A DNA stretch of 64,000 nucleotides from Bacteroidia bacterium. GTDB lineage: Bacteria; Bacteroidota; Bacteroidia; M30B66. Shown here piece by piece: positions 1 through 9,988 of the stretch. Position numbers and translations under genes: made by a program. The stretch is taken from assembly GCA_965279035.1 (NCBI GenBank), contig OZ257142.1, positions 192,001 through 256,000 on the forward strand, written 5' to 3'. Position 1 is the stretch's first letter. Every line of letters starts with the position of its first letter. The notes beneath the pieces were generated by a model. The model was not told the DNA's origin. It worked only from the letters and a program-made list of their open reading frames with translations, and ran no database searches.

Positions 1-1
1 C

Positions 2-1321
2 GAAGCACCCGGACTTTCGGATTGCTGGGGAGAAAAGTTCGAAGAACTCTATGAGCGGTATGAAGCAGAGGGGAAAGCGCGCAAAACAGTAAAAGCTCGC
101 GAAATTTGGTCTTCCATTTTGGAAGCACAAATAGAAACAGGAACGCCTTACATGCTATATAAAGATGCATGTAACCGTAAGAGCAATCAGCAAAATTTGG
201 GTACGATCAAGTCTTCGAATTTATGTACTGAGATTATTGAGTACACCGATGAGAATGAAGTTGCGGTATGTAATCTTGCATCGATCGCTTTGCCACGTTT
301 CATTATTGACGGAAAATTTGATCACAATAAACTGTTTGAGGTTACTTATCAGATTACACTAAACCTCAACAAAATTATCGACCGAAATTATTATCCAGTA
401 GTAGAAGCAGAGCGCTCGAACTTGCGTCATCGCCCTATTGGGATTGGTATTCAGGGTTTAGCAGATGCATTCATTTTGCTTCGTTATCCATTTGAATGTG
501 AAGAAGCACAAGCATTGAATCGTGAAATTCACGAAACGATTTACTATGCAGCCATGACAGCTTCGAAAGATTTGGCTATCAAAGATGGTCATTACGAAAG
601 TTATCCTGGATCTCCTGTTTCGAAAGGAATTTTCCAATATGATATGTGGAATGTTACTCCAACAAATCGATGGGAATGGGATGTATTGAAAGAAGAAGTG
701 GCTAAATACGGAGTACGGAATTCTCTTTTATTAGCTCCAATGCCAACGGCTTCCACTTCGCAGGTTTTAGGAAATAACGAATGTTTCGAGCCCTATACGA
801 GCAATATCTACACACGTAGAGTACTTTCTGGTGAATTCATCATCGTTAACAAGCATCTTTTACGCGATTTAGTTGACTTAGGTGTTTGGAACGAAGGATT
901 GAAAGATAAAATCATTGGTGCAAACGGCTCCATTCAAGGTATTGTAGAGATTCCAGATAACATTAAGGAGCTTTACAAAACTGTTTGGGAAATCCGCCAG
1001 CGTACCATTATTGATATGGCTGCCGATCGTGGTGCTTTCATTTGTCAGTCGCAGTCGCTCAACATTTTTATGGAGTCGGCGAACATGGCAAAATTAACTT
1101 CAATGCACTTCTATGCTTGGAAGAAAGGATTGAAAACTGGCATGTATTATTTGCGTTCGAAAGCAGCGGCTGATGCCATTAAATTTACCGTTCCATCGCA
1201 AGCAGAACCACAAAAGGTTGCAGTTGTTTCGGAAGCTCAAACTGTAGCAGTTTATGACTCTCAGGGAGAAATATCGTGTTCGCTTGATAACCCCGAAGGC
1301 TGTGAGGCATGCGGTAGCTAA
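2..1321 (+). CDS. nrdA: Ribonucleoside-diphosphate reductase class Ia alpha subunit (5'-truncated by window edge)
   Basis: Frame is open from position 2 ([17 protein letters not shown]...). Contains the SNLCTEI catalytic Cys motif, [26 protein letters not shown] radical-transfer tyrosines and a C-terminal CEAC redox pair. Confidence 0.97.
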   Translation, partial: EAPGLSDCWGEKFEELYERYEAEGKARKTVKAREIWSSILEAQIETGTPYMLYKDACNRKSNQQNLGTIKSSNLCTEIIEYTDENEVAVCNLASIALPRFIIDGKFDHNKLFEVTYQITLNLNKIIDRNYYPVVEAERSNLRHRPIGIGIQGLADAFILLRYPFECEEAQALNREIHETIYYAAMTASKDLAIKDGHYESYPGSPVSKGIFQYDMWNVTPTNRWEWDVLKEEVAKYGVRNSLLLAPMPTASTSQVLGNNECFEPYTSNIYTRRVLSGEFIIVNKHLLRDLVDLGVWNEGLKDKIIGANGSIQGIVEIPDNIKELYKTVWEIRQRTIIDMAADRGAFICQSQSLNIFMESANMAKLTSMHFYAWKKGLKTGMYYLRSKAAADAIKFTVPSQAEPQKVAVVSEAQTVAVYDSQGEISCSLDNPEGCEACGS

Positions 1322-1340
1322 TTAAAATTTTGTTGGTTGT

Positions 1341-1379
1341 AAAAAAGCCCCTTACCAAAATTTGGCAAGGGGCTTTTTT
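1341..1379. terminator. Intrinsic terminator after nrdA (bidirectional-type)
   Basis: AAAAAAGCCCCTTACCAAAATTTGGCAAGGGGCTTTTTT: stem-loop flanked by an A-tract and a T-tract. Confidence 0.85.
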
Positions 1380-1389
1380 GTTATGAATA

Positions 1390-1497
1390 AGTGGTGCCGA
1401 AGATTAACACTAGAAAGATGAAAGACGCTTCTCATCAAACCATCCGGGATAGTCTCAACCAAAAAACACGACCCATTCGCTAATTTCGGACACCACT
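1390..1497. ncRNA. Candidate structured small RNA (family unknown)
   Basis: Terminal arms AGTGGTGCCGAAGATTA (1390-1406) and TAATTTCGGACACCACT (1481-1497) are near-complementary, in an ORF-free interval. A minus-strand TATTTTTG box lies at 1541-1548. Confidence 0.35.
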
Positions 1498-1686
1498 AGG
1501 CAATAAAGATATAGAATTGGATTATACAATCTTTAATGTGCAAAAATAGGAACATTTTATTGAATGAAAGTATTCGTATTGCTTCTTAAATAAGAAGAAC
1601 GTTCGGGTCAATTTTTTATTTTATTCAAAAACACCAAGCTTAATGTATTGGTTGATTGATGATTATAGCATATGAGTCGATTTGGA

Positions 1687-1747
1687 GAACACTGGAAACA
1701 TTTTTTTTGCATTTTGTTTCCGTTGTTCCCTTTTCGTTTTATCTTTG
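1687..1747 (+). promoter_or_regulatory. Putative TetR operator (inverted repeat) and -7 promoter box
   Basis: GAACACTGGAAACA (1687-1700) and TGTTTCCGTTGTTC (1715-1728) form an inverted repeat with 12/14 match. TATCTTTG at 1740-1747 is 6 nt before the ATG. Confidence 0.6.
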
Positions 1748-1753
1748 CCGCCG

Positions 1754-2383
1754 ATGAACGAAAAATTGGAACATATTATTCAACAAGCACGATCTATTTT
1801 CATGCGATGTGGAATTAGAAGCGTGACAATGGATGATGTATGCCGTGAAATGCATATTTCCAAAAAGACACTCTATCAGCATGTTCACGATAAAACAGAT
1901 CTTGTTAACCAAACAATGAAATGTGAAATCGAAAAAGATGAAATAGAAATAAATAAGCTGATAGACAAGGGGCTAAATGCCATTGAAGAGATGTTTGAAA
2001 TCACACAAGTTGTTTCTGAAAAAATCAGGAACATTCATCCTTCAATTCTGTTCGATATGCAAAAATATTATCCAGAAGCTTGGGATATGATGCTATCTCA
2101 TCGAAATGGATTTATTGAAAAGGTCATTTTCAAAAATTTAATAAAAGGTCAAAATGAAGGGGTTTATCGAACAGATCTCCATTTGATTATTATTTCACGC
2201 TTGTTTGCTTCTAAAATAGAGGTTCTTGCAGATAGCGCTTTTATAGAAGGCACTGGTTTGAGCCTTTCCCAAGTCAATTTCGAACACCTCATTTATCATT
2301 TACATGGAGTTGTTACACTTCAAGGTAAAGCCTATCTCGATCAAAAATTATCAACATATAATCCCAATCCATATGAAAAATAA
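1754..2383 (+). CDS. TetR/AcrR family transcriptional regulator
   Basis: N-terminal HTH GIRSVTMDDVCREMHISKKTLYQH. First gene of the RND operon. Start moved to ATG 1754, after the promoter box. Confidence 0.92.
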   Translation: MNEKLEHIIQQARSIFMRCGIRSVTMDDVCREMHISKKTLYQHVHDKTDLVNQTMKCEIEKDEIEINKLIDKGLNAIEEMFEITQVVSEKIRNIHPSILFDMQKYYPEAWDMMLSHRNGFIEKVIFKNLIKGQNEGVYRTDLHLIIISRLFASKIEVLADSAFIEGTGLSLSQVNFEHLIYHLHGVVTLQGKAYLDQKLSTYNPNPYEK

Positions 2384-3719
2384 ACTGCTGTTGCTGTTGC
2401 TGATTATCTCGGCAGGGCTTCATGCGCAAAATGCTGACCCTGGTAGTTTCTCTTTACCACAAGCAATTGATTATGCGCTGAAGAACGGTTATAGTGTATT
2501 GAATGCAGCAACCGATATTGAAATTGCTAAAAAGAAAGTGGCGGAAATCCGTGGTATCGGCATTCCCCAACTAAAAACCGATGCCTCATTTCAGGATTTT
2601 GTAGAAGTTCCAGTGAGTATTATCTCAGCAAATGCATTTAATCCGGCAGCTCCTCCTGGAACATACTTAAGAATTCCATTTGGAGTAAAATACAATATGA
2701 GTATTGGATACACCGCCTCATGGTTGGCATTTAGTGGTGAATATATTGTTGGTTTACAAGCATCCAAAACCTACGTCGACATTTCAAAAGCGACACTTCG
2801 TAAGAGTGAAATCGATGTCAAAGAAAGTGTTATTAATGCCTATAATCTGGTGCTCATTCTGAAAGAGAATAAGCGAATTCTCACTGAAAATATAGCATCC
2901 TTAGACCAATCAATTGAGCAAACATCGGCTTATAACCGCGAGGGCTTTGTCGAAGAAATGGATGTAGATCGTTTAAAATTACTCAAGAACAATTTGAGTA
3001 CAACGCTTACAACCCTAGAGCAACAAACCATCATTGCTGAAAAACTGCTCAAGTTTCAAATGGGTTTTGATGTAAATGCTCCAATAACTTTAACTGAAAC
3101 GCTTGATAATCTTGTATCAACAGCTAAATCAGGTATTGACATTGAGCCGAAGTTTGATCCTGCAAACAACATCAACCAAATCTTAATTGGAAAAGCGATC
3201 ACGATGCAGAAACTAGAGGTGAAACGCCAAAAGGCAAACTATCTTCCTACACTGAGCACATTTTATACTTGGAAGGAAAGTCGTATCACCAATGATTTCA
3301 ACCAACTAAACAATAATCAGTTTCGCGTTCCAGGTGGAACCATTTTAGGTGTAAATCTGAGCATGCCGGTTTTCCAAGGATTAAGTCAATCGTCACGAAT
3401 AAAACAAGCAAAATTGAATTTGAAAAAATTAGAAGTTCAACAAATTCAAGCAGAACAAGGAATTGCATTGTCTTCCTCTCAAAGTTGGACTGCCTATGCA
3501 TCCTCGTTAAGTGCATTAAGAAATACACAAGAATCGGTGAATTTGGCAACGCGCATTCGTGATCGGGCTAAAATTAAATACCAAGAAGGTGTCGGATCTA
3601 GCCTAGAAGTGATACAAGCAGAAAACGATTTACTTTCCTCTCAATCAAACTATATAAACGCCATTCAGCAAGTATTGAATGCGCGTGTTACCCTCGATAA
3701 AAACCTAAACAAATTCTGA
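2373..3719 (+). CDS. TolC family outer membrane efflux protein
   Basis: Signal peptide MKNKLLLLLLIISAGLHAQ. Typical OEP segments (SLPQAIDYALKN; KYQEGVGSSLEVIQAE). Operon context. Confidence 0.92.
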   Translation: MKNKLLLLLLIISAGLHAQNADPGSFSLPQAIDYALKNGYSVLNAATDIEIAKKKVAEIRGIGIPQLKTDASFQDFVEVPVSIISANAFNPAAPPGTYLRIPFGVKYNMSIGYTASWLAFSGEYIVGLQASKTYVDISKATLRKSEIDVKESVINAYNLVLILKENKRILTENIASLDQSIEQTSAYNREGFVEEMDVDRLKLLKNNLSTTLTTLEQQTIIAEKLLKFQMGFDVNAPITLTETLDNLVSTAKSGIDIEPKFDPANNINQILIGKAITMQKLEVKRQKANYLPTLSTFYTWKESRITNDFNQLNNNQFRVPGGTILGVNLSMPVFQGLSQSSRIKQAKLNLKKLEVQQIQAEQGIALSSSQSWTAYASSLSALRNTQESVNLATRIRDRAKIKYQEGVGSSLEVIQAENDLLSSQSNYINAIQQVLNARVTLDKNLNKF

Positions 3720-3736
3720 CCTTGATTTTTCCTACA

Positions 3737-4867
3737 ATGAAAAAGCTTCTATATATCTCCATTACGCTGCTTGTTGCAGCATGTTCTTCAGGCAATGACC
3801 TGGAAAAGAAAAAAGCACAGCTTGTTGAATACCAAGCTCAACATGATGAGTTGAAATTGAAAATTGCAGAACTCGAAAAAGAAATTGCACTTCTCGATAC
3901 CTCCGAAGAAATTCGCAAACCAAAATTGGTAACGCTCATGTCTGCCTTTTCAGGTGAGTTTAACCATTTTATCGATGTTCAAGGAACAGTTGATTCCGAA
4001 GAAAACATTGCCATTCAACCCGGAATGCCCGGATTGATTACACGTGTGAATGTTCGCGAAGGTGATAATGTTTCTGCTGGGCAAATATTAGCCGAAGTAG
4101 ACAATAGAACTATCCGTGAAAGTATGGCTCAGCTTCAAACCAATTTGGATTTTGCAAAGACTGCATTCGAAAAACAGCAACGTCTTTGGAACCAGAAGAT
4201 TGGAACTGAAATCCAATACCTTCAAAGTAAAACTCAATACGAATCACTTCAAAAAAGCATGGGAACTTTGCAGGCTCAATTGGATATGAGTCGCATAAAA
4301 TCTCCTATTACTGGTGTTATTGATGCAGTAAATGTAAAAGTGGGTGAGTTTGCATCGCCCGGTTTGAACGGTGCTTTTCGTGTAGTGAATTTCAGCAAAA
4401 TGAAGGTGAAAGCAAAAGTGGCTGATTCCTACATTGGAAAAGTGAAAATGGGAAATCCTGTCAAGATTATCCTATCCGATATTCAAGATACCATTCAAGG
4501 TAAAATCAGCTTTGTAAGCAAAGTGGTGAATTCAATGACACGCACCTTTGATATTGAAATTAGTTTGGGTGCTACTAATTCGGATGTTCGTCCGAATATG
4601 TTAGCTACACTCAATATCAATGATGAAGTATTAACGAATTCAATCAGTGTACTTTCAAACCTTGTTCAAAAAGATGCTTCAGGAAATCAATATGTCATGG
4701 TTTCTGAAGGCAGTAACGATAAAATGACAGCTCATAAAAAACTCGTTTCAACTGGAGTTTCATATGGCGATCGCATCGTAATCACCGAAGGATTGAATGG
4801 CAGCGAAAAGCTGATCAATTCAGGCTATCAGGAAGTTGTTGATGGACAATTTATTTCCTTAAAATAA
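3737..4867 (+). CDS. RND efflux periplasmic adaptor subunit (lipoprotein)
   Basis: Lipobox LVAAC, lipoyl-like half motifs (VREGDNVSAGQILA; IKSPITGVI) and a coiled-coil hairpin. Start taken at MKKLL. Confidence 0.92.
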   Translation: MKKLLYISITLLVAACSSGNDLEKKKAQLVEYQAQHDELKLKIAELEKEIALLDTSEEIRKPKLVTLMSAFSGEFNHFIDVQGTVDSEENIAIQPGMPGLITRVNVREGDNVSAGQILAEVDNRTIRESMAQLQTNLDFAKTAFEKQQRLWNQKIGTEIQYLQSKTQYESLQKSMGTLQAQLDMSRIKSPITGVIDAVNVKVGEFASPGLNGAFRVVNFSKMKVKAKVADSYIGKVKMGNPVKIILSDIQDTIQGKISFVSKVVNSMTRTFDIEISLGATNSDVRPNMLATLNINDEVLTNSISVLSNLVQKDASGNQYVMVSEGSNDKMTAHKKLVSTGVSYGDRIVITEGLNGSEKLINSGYQEVVDGQFISLK

Positions 4868-4891
4868 TTTCCAGAAAAATCCCAACCAACC

Positions 4892-7800
4892 ATGGAAAAG
4901 GAACATATAAAGTATTTCAAACCCACCAATTGGGCAATTAATAATAGCACCGCGATTTACATTTTCACGGTATTGATTTCCCTTGCAGGTATTATCATCT
5001 TCCAACGAATTCCCAAGGAGAAATTTCCAGACATTGTGGTTCCAACCATCTTTGTTTCAACAATTTATCCTGGAGCAAGTCCCGAAGATATTGAGAACCT
5101 CATTACCAAACCGATTGAAAAAGAAGTAAAGTCGGTTTCGGGAATTAAGAAAGTTACGTCCAATTCAATTCAAGATTTTTCGCTTGTAGTTGTTGAATTT
5201 AATACTGGGATTGATGTAGACGTTGCCAAGCAGAAAATTTCCAATGCTGTAGATAAAGCGAAGAAAGATTTACCAAGTGATATGAAGTCCGATCCAGGTG
5301 TTCAGGAGGTGAATTTCTCTGAATTTCCTATCATGAATATCAACGTGAATGGCGAATTTCCTTTAGATCAACTGAAGCGTTATGCGGAGGATTTGAAGGA
5401 TAAAATAGAAACGCTCCCCGAAATTACCCGTGTAGATATCATTGGTGCACTCACACGTGAAGTACAAGTAAATGTGGATTTATACCGCATGCAAGCCCTT
5501 GGAATTTCATTTAGTGATATTGAACGTGCTGTAGCTAGCGAAAACGTAAATATATCGGGTGGTGAAATTCGGATTGATGATCTACGACGCACCTTACGTG
5601 TTCGTGGAGAATTTAGTCAGGTGAGTCAAATTGGTAATATCTTAATTCGATCTTCCCGAGGAAACCTTGCTTATTTGAAAGACATCGCTGAAGTGAAAGA
5701 CGGTTATAAAGACAAACAGGATTTTGCCCGTTTGGATGGAAAGCCTGTTATCACCATGAATGTTATCAAACGTTCTGGAGAAAACTTGATTAATGCTGCA
5801 GATAAAATCAAGGTCATAATTGATGAATATAAAGCCACGAAATTTCCGAAAGGACTGGATGTTACCTTAACCGGCGACACATCGATGGAAACAAAAACAC
5901 AACTCAACGACCTAGTGAATACTGTAATCATTGGGTTTGTCCTTGTAGTTATTATTCTGATGTTCTTTATGGGACTGCAAAGTGCCTTCTTTGTTGGACT
6001 TGCGGTGCCATTGTCGGTGTTAGTTGCCCTGTTGTTTATGCCATCGCTTGGATTCTCGATGAATGTGATTGTGCTTTTCTCTTTCTTGTTAGCACTGGGA
6101 ATTATAGTAGATGATGCCATTGTGGTGATTGAAAATACCCACCGAATATTCCATAAATACGACTTCGACATAAAGACAGCTGCCAAAGCTGCAGCAGGAG
6201 AAGTGTTTGTGCCTGTTTTAGCAGGTACATTAACCACAATTGCTCCGTTCTTCCCACTCCTATTTTGGCCAGGTATTGTAGGTGATTTTATGGGTTACCT
6301 ACCTATAACACTCATCCTTACGCTCTTTGCATCCTTGTTTGTTGCCTTTATCATGAACTCGGTGTTTGCCGTAACCTTTATGAAACGCGACGAACACGAT
6401 CATAAAACCAGTTCGAAAGAACTTGTGCGCCCCGCAATTATTTTTGGAGGTATTGCCTTGTTATGCCATGCTGCAGGAATGACAGCTGTTGGAAACGTAA
6501 GTTTCTTAATGCTTGCATTGACACCTCTATACATGTACATACTTCGTCCAATGACTGTAAAATTTCAGCTGGACATTTGGCCTCGTGTTGTTGCATTTTA
6601 CAAACGACTGATTAAAAAAGTACTTGTTGGATATCGTCCAATAGCTATGCTTGTTGGAGTGATTATCTTATTCTTTATTTCGATTGGAGTATTCATTGCC
6701 TCCAAACCGAAAATCGAGTTCTTCCCGAACGGACAACCCAATTTTGCTTATGTATATCTTCAAATGCCCATTGGGACAGATGCCGAAGTGACTGATTCTG
6801 TAACTCGTATTGTAGAAAAGCGTGTTTTTGAAGTGATTGGTGAACATAATCCCAATGTAGAATCGGTTATTTCGAATGTGGGAATTGGTGCGGGTGACCC
6901 ACAAAATCCCGATCGAGTTGCTACGCCTCATAAAGGAAAAGTTTCTGTAGCATTTGTCGATTTTAGTGAACGTAAAAACTTCTCTACACGAGAATGCCTC
7001 GAAGCAATTCGTGAAAACATGAAAGGAATTCCGGGTGTGCGAATTACCGTCGATAAAGAATCGAATGGACCTCCAACTGGAAAGCCTGTCAACATTGAGA
7101 TTAGCGGTGATGACTTTGATCAGTTACAGTTAATCGAAACGAAAATGAGAGCTGCTATCTCGAAAGCGAAAATCTTAGGGATTGAAGACTTACAATCAGA
7201 TTTGCAACGAAATAAGCCAGAGATTATCGTTACAATCGATCCTGATCGTGCACTAGCTCTCGGAATGAGCAAAGCACAGATTGCTATGGAATTACGTACT
7301 GCTTTATTTGGAAAGGAAATTTCAAAATTCCGTGATGCAGACGATGATGCAGAAATTACCTTGCGACTTTCTTCAAATTACCGTGATAAAGTTGACGATC
7401 TCCTTAACATGCAAATTGCATTTATGGATATGAGCTCGGGCATGTTTAAGCAAGTACCAGTTTCGGCTGTTGCTTCTGTGAAATATGAAAAAGCCTTTAG
7501 CTCAATCAACCGTAAAAACCAACGTCGCGTTTTGACATTATCATCTAATGTTTTAACCGGTTTTACTGCAAATGAAATTGTTCGTTCAATCAATCAAATC
7601 ATCCCTTCACTCGAAGTACCTGAAGGATATGAAGTAAAGATGACGGGTGAACAAGAGCAACAAAAAGAAACGTCCGACTTCTTAAGTCTGGCATTCCTTG
7701 GAGCTTTGGCGCTTATGTTCTTGATTTTGGTTACCCAATTCAATTCCTTAGTGAAACCGTTTATCATTTTCTCTACGGTTGTATTCTCACTTATCGGAGT

Positions 7801-8275
7801 GTTTTTTGGCTATGCATTATCAGGAATGACCTTTTCGATTGTTATGACTGGTGTAGGGATTTTTGCCCTTGCAGGAATTGTTATCCGAAACGGGATTTTG
7901 CTTATCGAATTCATTGACGAATTGCGAGCACGCGGTTTAAGTGCAGAAGAAGCTATTGCAGAAGGAGGATCAACACGTATGACTCCTGTAATCCTAACTG
8001 CTTCCGCGGCAATTTTAGGATTGATTCCTTTGGCAATTGGAGTGAACATCGATTTTAATGGCTTGTTTGCGCATTTAGAACCACACTTTTTCTTGGGTGG
8101 TGATAACGTAGCTTTCTGGGGGCCATTAGCTTGGACGATGATTTACGGATTAATCATTGCCACTTTCCTAACACTATTGATTGTTCCGGCCATGTATCTT
8201 CTTTACCTCAAAGTGAAAAAACGTTTTGGTATGGAGAAATCGGGCGAAAAAGCACATGAGGGAACGATATTATAA
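4892..8275 (+). CDS. AcrB/AcrD/AcrF family RND permease
   Basis: 1127 aa. GIIVDDAIVVIEN proton-relay motif, YPGASPEDIE and RMTPVILTA. Confidence 0.96.
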   Translation: MEKEHIKYFKPTNWAINNSTAIYIFTVLISLAGIIIFQRIPKEKFPDIVVPTIFVSTIYPGASPEDIENLITKPIEKEVKSVSGIKKVTSNSIQDFSLVVVEFNTGIDVDVAKQKISNAVDKAKKDLPSDMKSDPGVQEVNFSEFPIMNINVNGEFPLDQLKRYAEDLKDKIETLPEITRVDIIGALTREVQVNVDLYRMQALGISFSDIERAVASENVNISGGEIRIDDLRRTLRVRGEFSQVSQIGNILIRSSRGNLAYLKDIAEVKDGYKDKQDFARLDGKPVITMNVIKRSGENLINAADKIKVIIDEYKATKFPKGLDVTLTGDTSMETKTQLNDLVNTVIIGFVLVVIILMFFMGLQSAFFVGLAVPLSVLVALLFMPSLGFSMNVIVLFSFLLALGIIVDDAIVVIENTHRIFHKYDFDIKTAAKAAAGEVFVPVLAGTLTTIAPFFPLLFWPGIVGDFMGYLPITLILTLFASLFVAFIMNSVFAVTFMKRDEHDHKTSSKELVRPAIIFGGIALLCHAAGMTAVGNVSFLMLALTPLYMYILRPMTVKFQLDIWPRVVAFYKRLIKKVLVGYRPIAMLVGVIILFFISIGVFIASKPKIEFFPNGQPNFAYVYLQMPIGTDAEVTDSVTRIVEKRVFEVIGEHNPNVESVISNVGIGAGDPQNPDRVATPHKGKVSVAFVDFSERKNFSTRECLEAIRENMKGIPGVRITVDKESNGPPTGKPVNIEISGDDFDQLQLIETKMRAAISKAKILGIEDLQSDLQRNKPEIIVTIDPDRALALGMSKAQIAMELRTALFGKEISKFRDADDDAEITLRLSSNYRDKVDDLLNMQIAFMDMSSGMFKQVPVSAVASVKYEKAFSSINRKNQRRVLTLSSNVLTGFTANEIVRSINQIIPSLEVPEGYEVKMTGEQEQQKETSDFLSLAFLGALALMFLILVTQFNSLVKPFIIFSTVVFSLIGVFFGYALSGMTFSIVMTGVGIFALAGIVIRNGILLIEFIDELRARGLSAEEAIAEGGSTRMTPVILTASAAILGLIPLAIGVNIDFNGLFAHLEPHFFLGGDNVAFWGPLAWTMIYGLIIATFLTLLIVPAMYLLYLKVKKRFGMEKSGEKAHEGTIL

Positions 8276-8303
8276 TTCGTTTTTAAACTTCTTTTTGTTC
8301 AAT

Positions 8304-8339
8304 ACAGCACCCTTCGGATTTCCGGGGGTGTTGTTGTTT
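8304..8339 (+). terminator. Probable terminator hairpin after the RND operon
   Basis: ACAGCACCCTTCGGATTTCCGGGGGTGTTGT stem-loop followed by T-rich sequence. Confidence 0.55.
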
Positions 8340-8445
8340 CAGGGTATCTGTTAATCTTGTAAAAGATTCTTTCAAAAATCAACAACCATCTGCCCGACAT
8401 TCTGTTATTTTGTCAATCTATATCCACATAAAATATCCATAGAAC

Positions 8446-9048
8446 ATGGCTTTCGAACTTCCAAAACTTTCTTACGAATACGCTGCATTAGAACCCAATA
8501 TCGATGCACGAACAATGGAAATACATCATTCCAAACACCATCAAGCTTATGTAAATAACCTTAACGCAGCCCTTACCGGAACTGCTGAAGAAGGAAAAAG
8601 CTTAGAGCAATTGATGTCGAATATTTCTAAACTTTCACCTGCCGTTCGTAACAATGGTGGTGGACATTACAATCATAGCCTTTTCTGGGAAATCATGGGC
8701 CCTAATGCAGGTGGTACTCCAACAGGAGAACTTGCTGATGCAATTAATATGGCTTTCGGAACATTCGATAAATTCAAAGAAGATTTTGCAAAAGCTGGAG
8801 CAACACGTTTTGGATCTGGATGGGCTTGGTTAGTTAAACATGATGGAAAATTGGTAGTAACTTCAACTCCTAATCAAGATAATCCCTTAATGGATTTGGC
8901 CGATGTGAAAGGTTTCCCAGTTCTTGGATTGGATGTTTGGGAACACGCTTATTATCTTCATTATCAAAACCGTCGCCCTGATTATATTTCCGCTTGGTGG
9001 AATACCGTGAATTGGAATGCGGTTTCGGATCGATTTAAAAAAGGATAA
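8446..9048 (+). CDS. sodA: Superoxide dismutase, Mn/Fe family (Mn-type signatures)
   Basis: [26 protein letters not shown] and DVWEHAYY motifs. Confidence 0.95.
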   Translation: MAFELPKLSYEYAALEPNIDARTMEIHHSKHHQAYVNNLNAALTGTAEEGKSLEQLMSNISKLSPAVRNNGGGHYNHSLFWEIMGPNAGGTPTGELADAINMAFGTFDKFKEDFAKAGATRFGSGWAWLVKHDGKLVVTSTPNQDNPLMDLADVKGFPVLGLDVWEHAYYLHYQNRRPDYISAWWNTVNWNAVSDRFKKG

Positions 9049-9064
9049 AATTCAGATTCTATTT

Positions 9065-9101
9065 AAACGCCTGGCAGTCTTAATTGTCAGGCGTTTTTTT
9101 T
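9065..9101 (+). terminator. Intrinsic terminator after sodA
   Basis: AAACGCCTGGCAG...TTGTCAGGCGTTTTTTTT. Confidence 0.85.
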
Positions 9102-9169
9102 AATCAATTATTCACTCCATTTCAAAACGGTAATTGAATTTGTCCGTTTATTTGGCAATTAAACTCTTG

Positions 9170-9889
9170 ATGATGAAGTCTTCTATTTATTATTCACTTT
9201 TCGTTCTGTCTAGTCTTTTGTTAAGTGCTTGTACTCCTCAGCCACAATCGTGTATTTCAGTAAATAAAACCAATGCTCAAATTTCCGAGTCGCTTTCATT
9301 TACTAGCTGTGCTGTAGATGCCAAGCGTTTGGTTTGGAATTTTGGAGATGGGTCAGCTGAAGTGGAAGGTGCAAGTGCATCGCATTCTTATTCAGCACCC
9401 GGATATTATCAAGTTGAATTAAAAGCACTTTCTAAAAAAGACAGTAAATGGGATCGAGCAACCATTTTAATCAATGTTTCTCCAGGAAAAACGCGCTACC
9501 TCACTCGATTTCAAATCAACTCCTTTAATATAAACAACCCTTCAGGAGCAACCTGGGATGTTGCGCCCGGAAATTGGCCGGATGTTTTTGTAGAATATGC
9601 TGTTACGGGTAGTGCTTCTAGAAACTCAATCAATCCTCCATTAAACGAACTTCAATTAAATCAATGTCCTGTTTTTTGGGATTTTAGTAGCCAAGCTGGA
9701 AAACCCATTCTGACAAATCAAGATTGGACCATTCAATTATTAGATAATGATGGAACGATATTGCAACCTGCTTCAGAAATAATGACAACTTTTAATGTGA
9801 ATCCAGCAACGGCAGTTCCTTCATCACCGGGAGTTATAACATTAACCAATGCAAATTATCAAATCGAACTGCATTTTATAGAACTTTAA
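9170..9889 (+). CDS. PKD-domain lipoprotein
   Basis: Lipobox LLSAC and PKD signature WNFGDGS...HSYSAPGYYQVEL. Start placed at the MMKSS ATG (uncertain). Confidence 0.75.
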   Translation: MMKSSIYYSLFVLSSLLLSACTPQPQSCISVNKTNAQISESLSFTSCAVDAKRLVWNFGDGSAEVEGASASHSYSAPGYYQVELKALSKKDSKWDRATILINVSPGKTRYLTRFQINSFNINNPSGATWDVAPGNWPDVFVEYAVTGSASRNSINPPLNELQLNQCPVFWDFSSQAGKPILTNQDWTIQLLDNDGTILQPASEIMTTFNVNPATAVPSSPGVITLTNANYQIELHFIEL

Positions 9890-9909
9890 ATTGCTTTCCT
9901 TGTTTTTCC

Positions 9910-9936
9910 AAGCTCCGCAAACAACGGAGCTTTTTT
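9910..9936 (+). terminator. Intrinsic terminator
   Basis: AAGCTCCG-CAAACAA-CGGAGCTTTTTT. Confidence 0.75.
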
Positions 9937-9988
9937 GTGTTTAATCCTAGGCTTTATTAATTGATATCTTTGACGCCTTATTTTTAGT

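Noticed and set aside
1390-1497. tRNA or 6S RNA identity for the structured segment
   Set aside because: No cloverleaf or T-loop motif, and no features I can confidently match to 6S RNA. Kept only as an unknown candidate.
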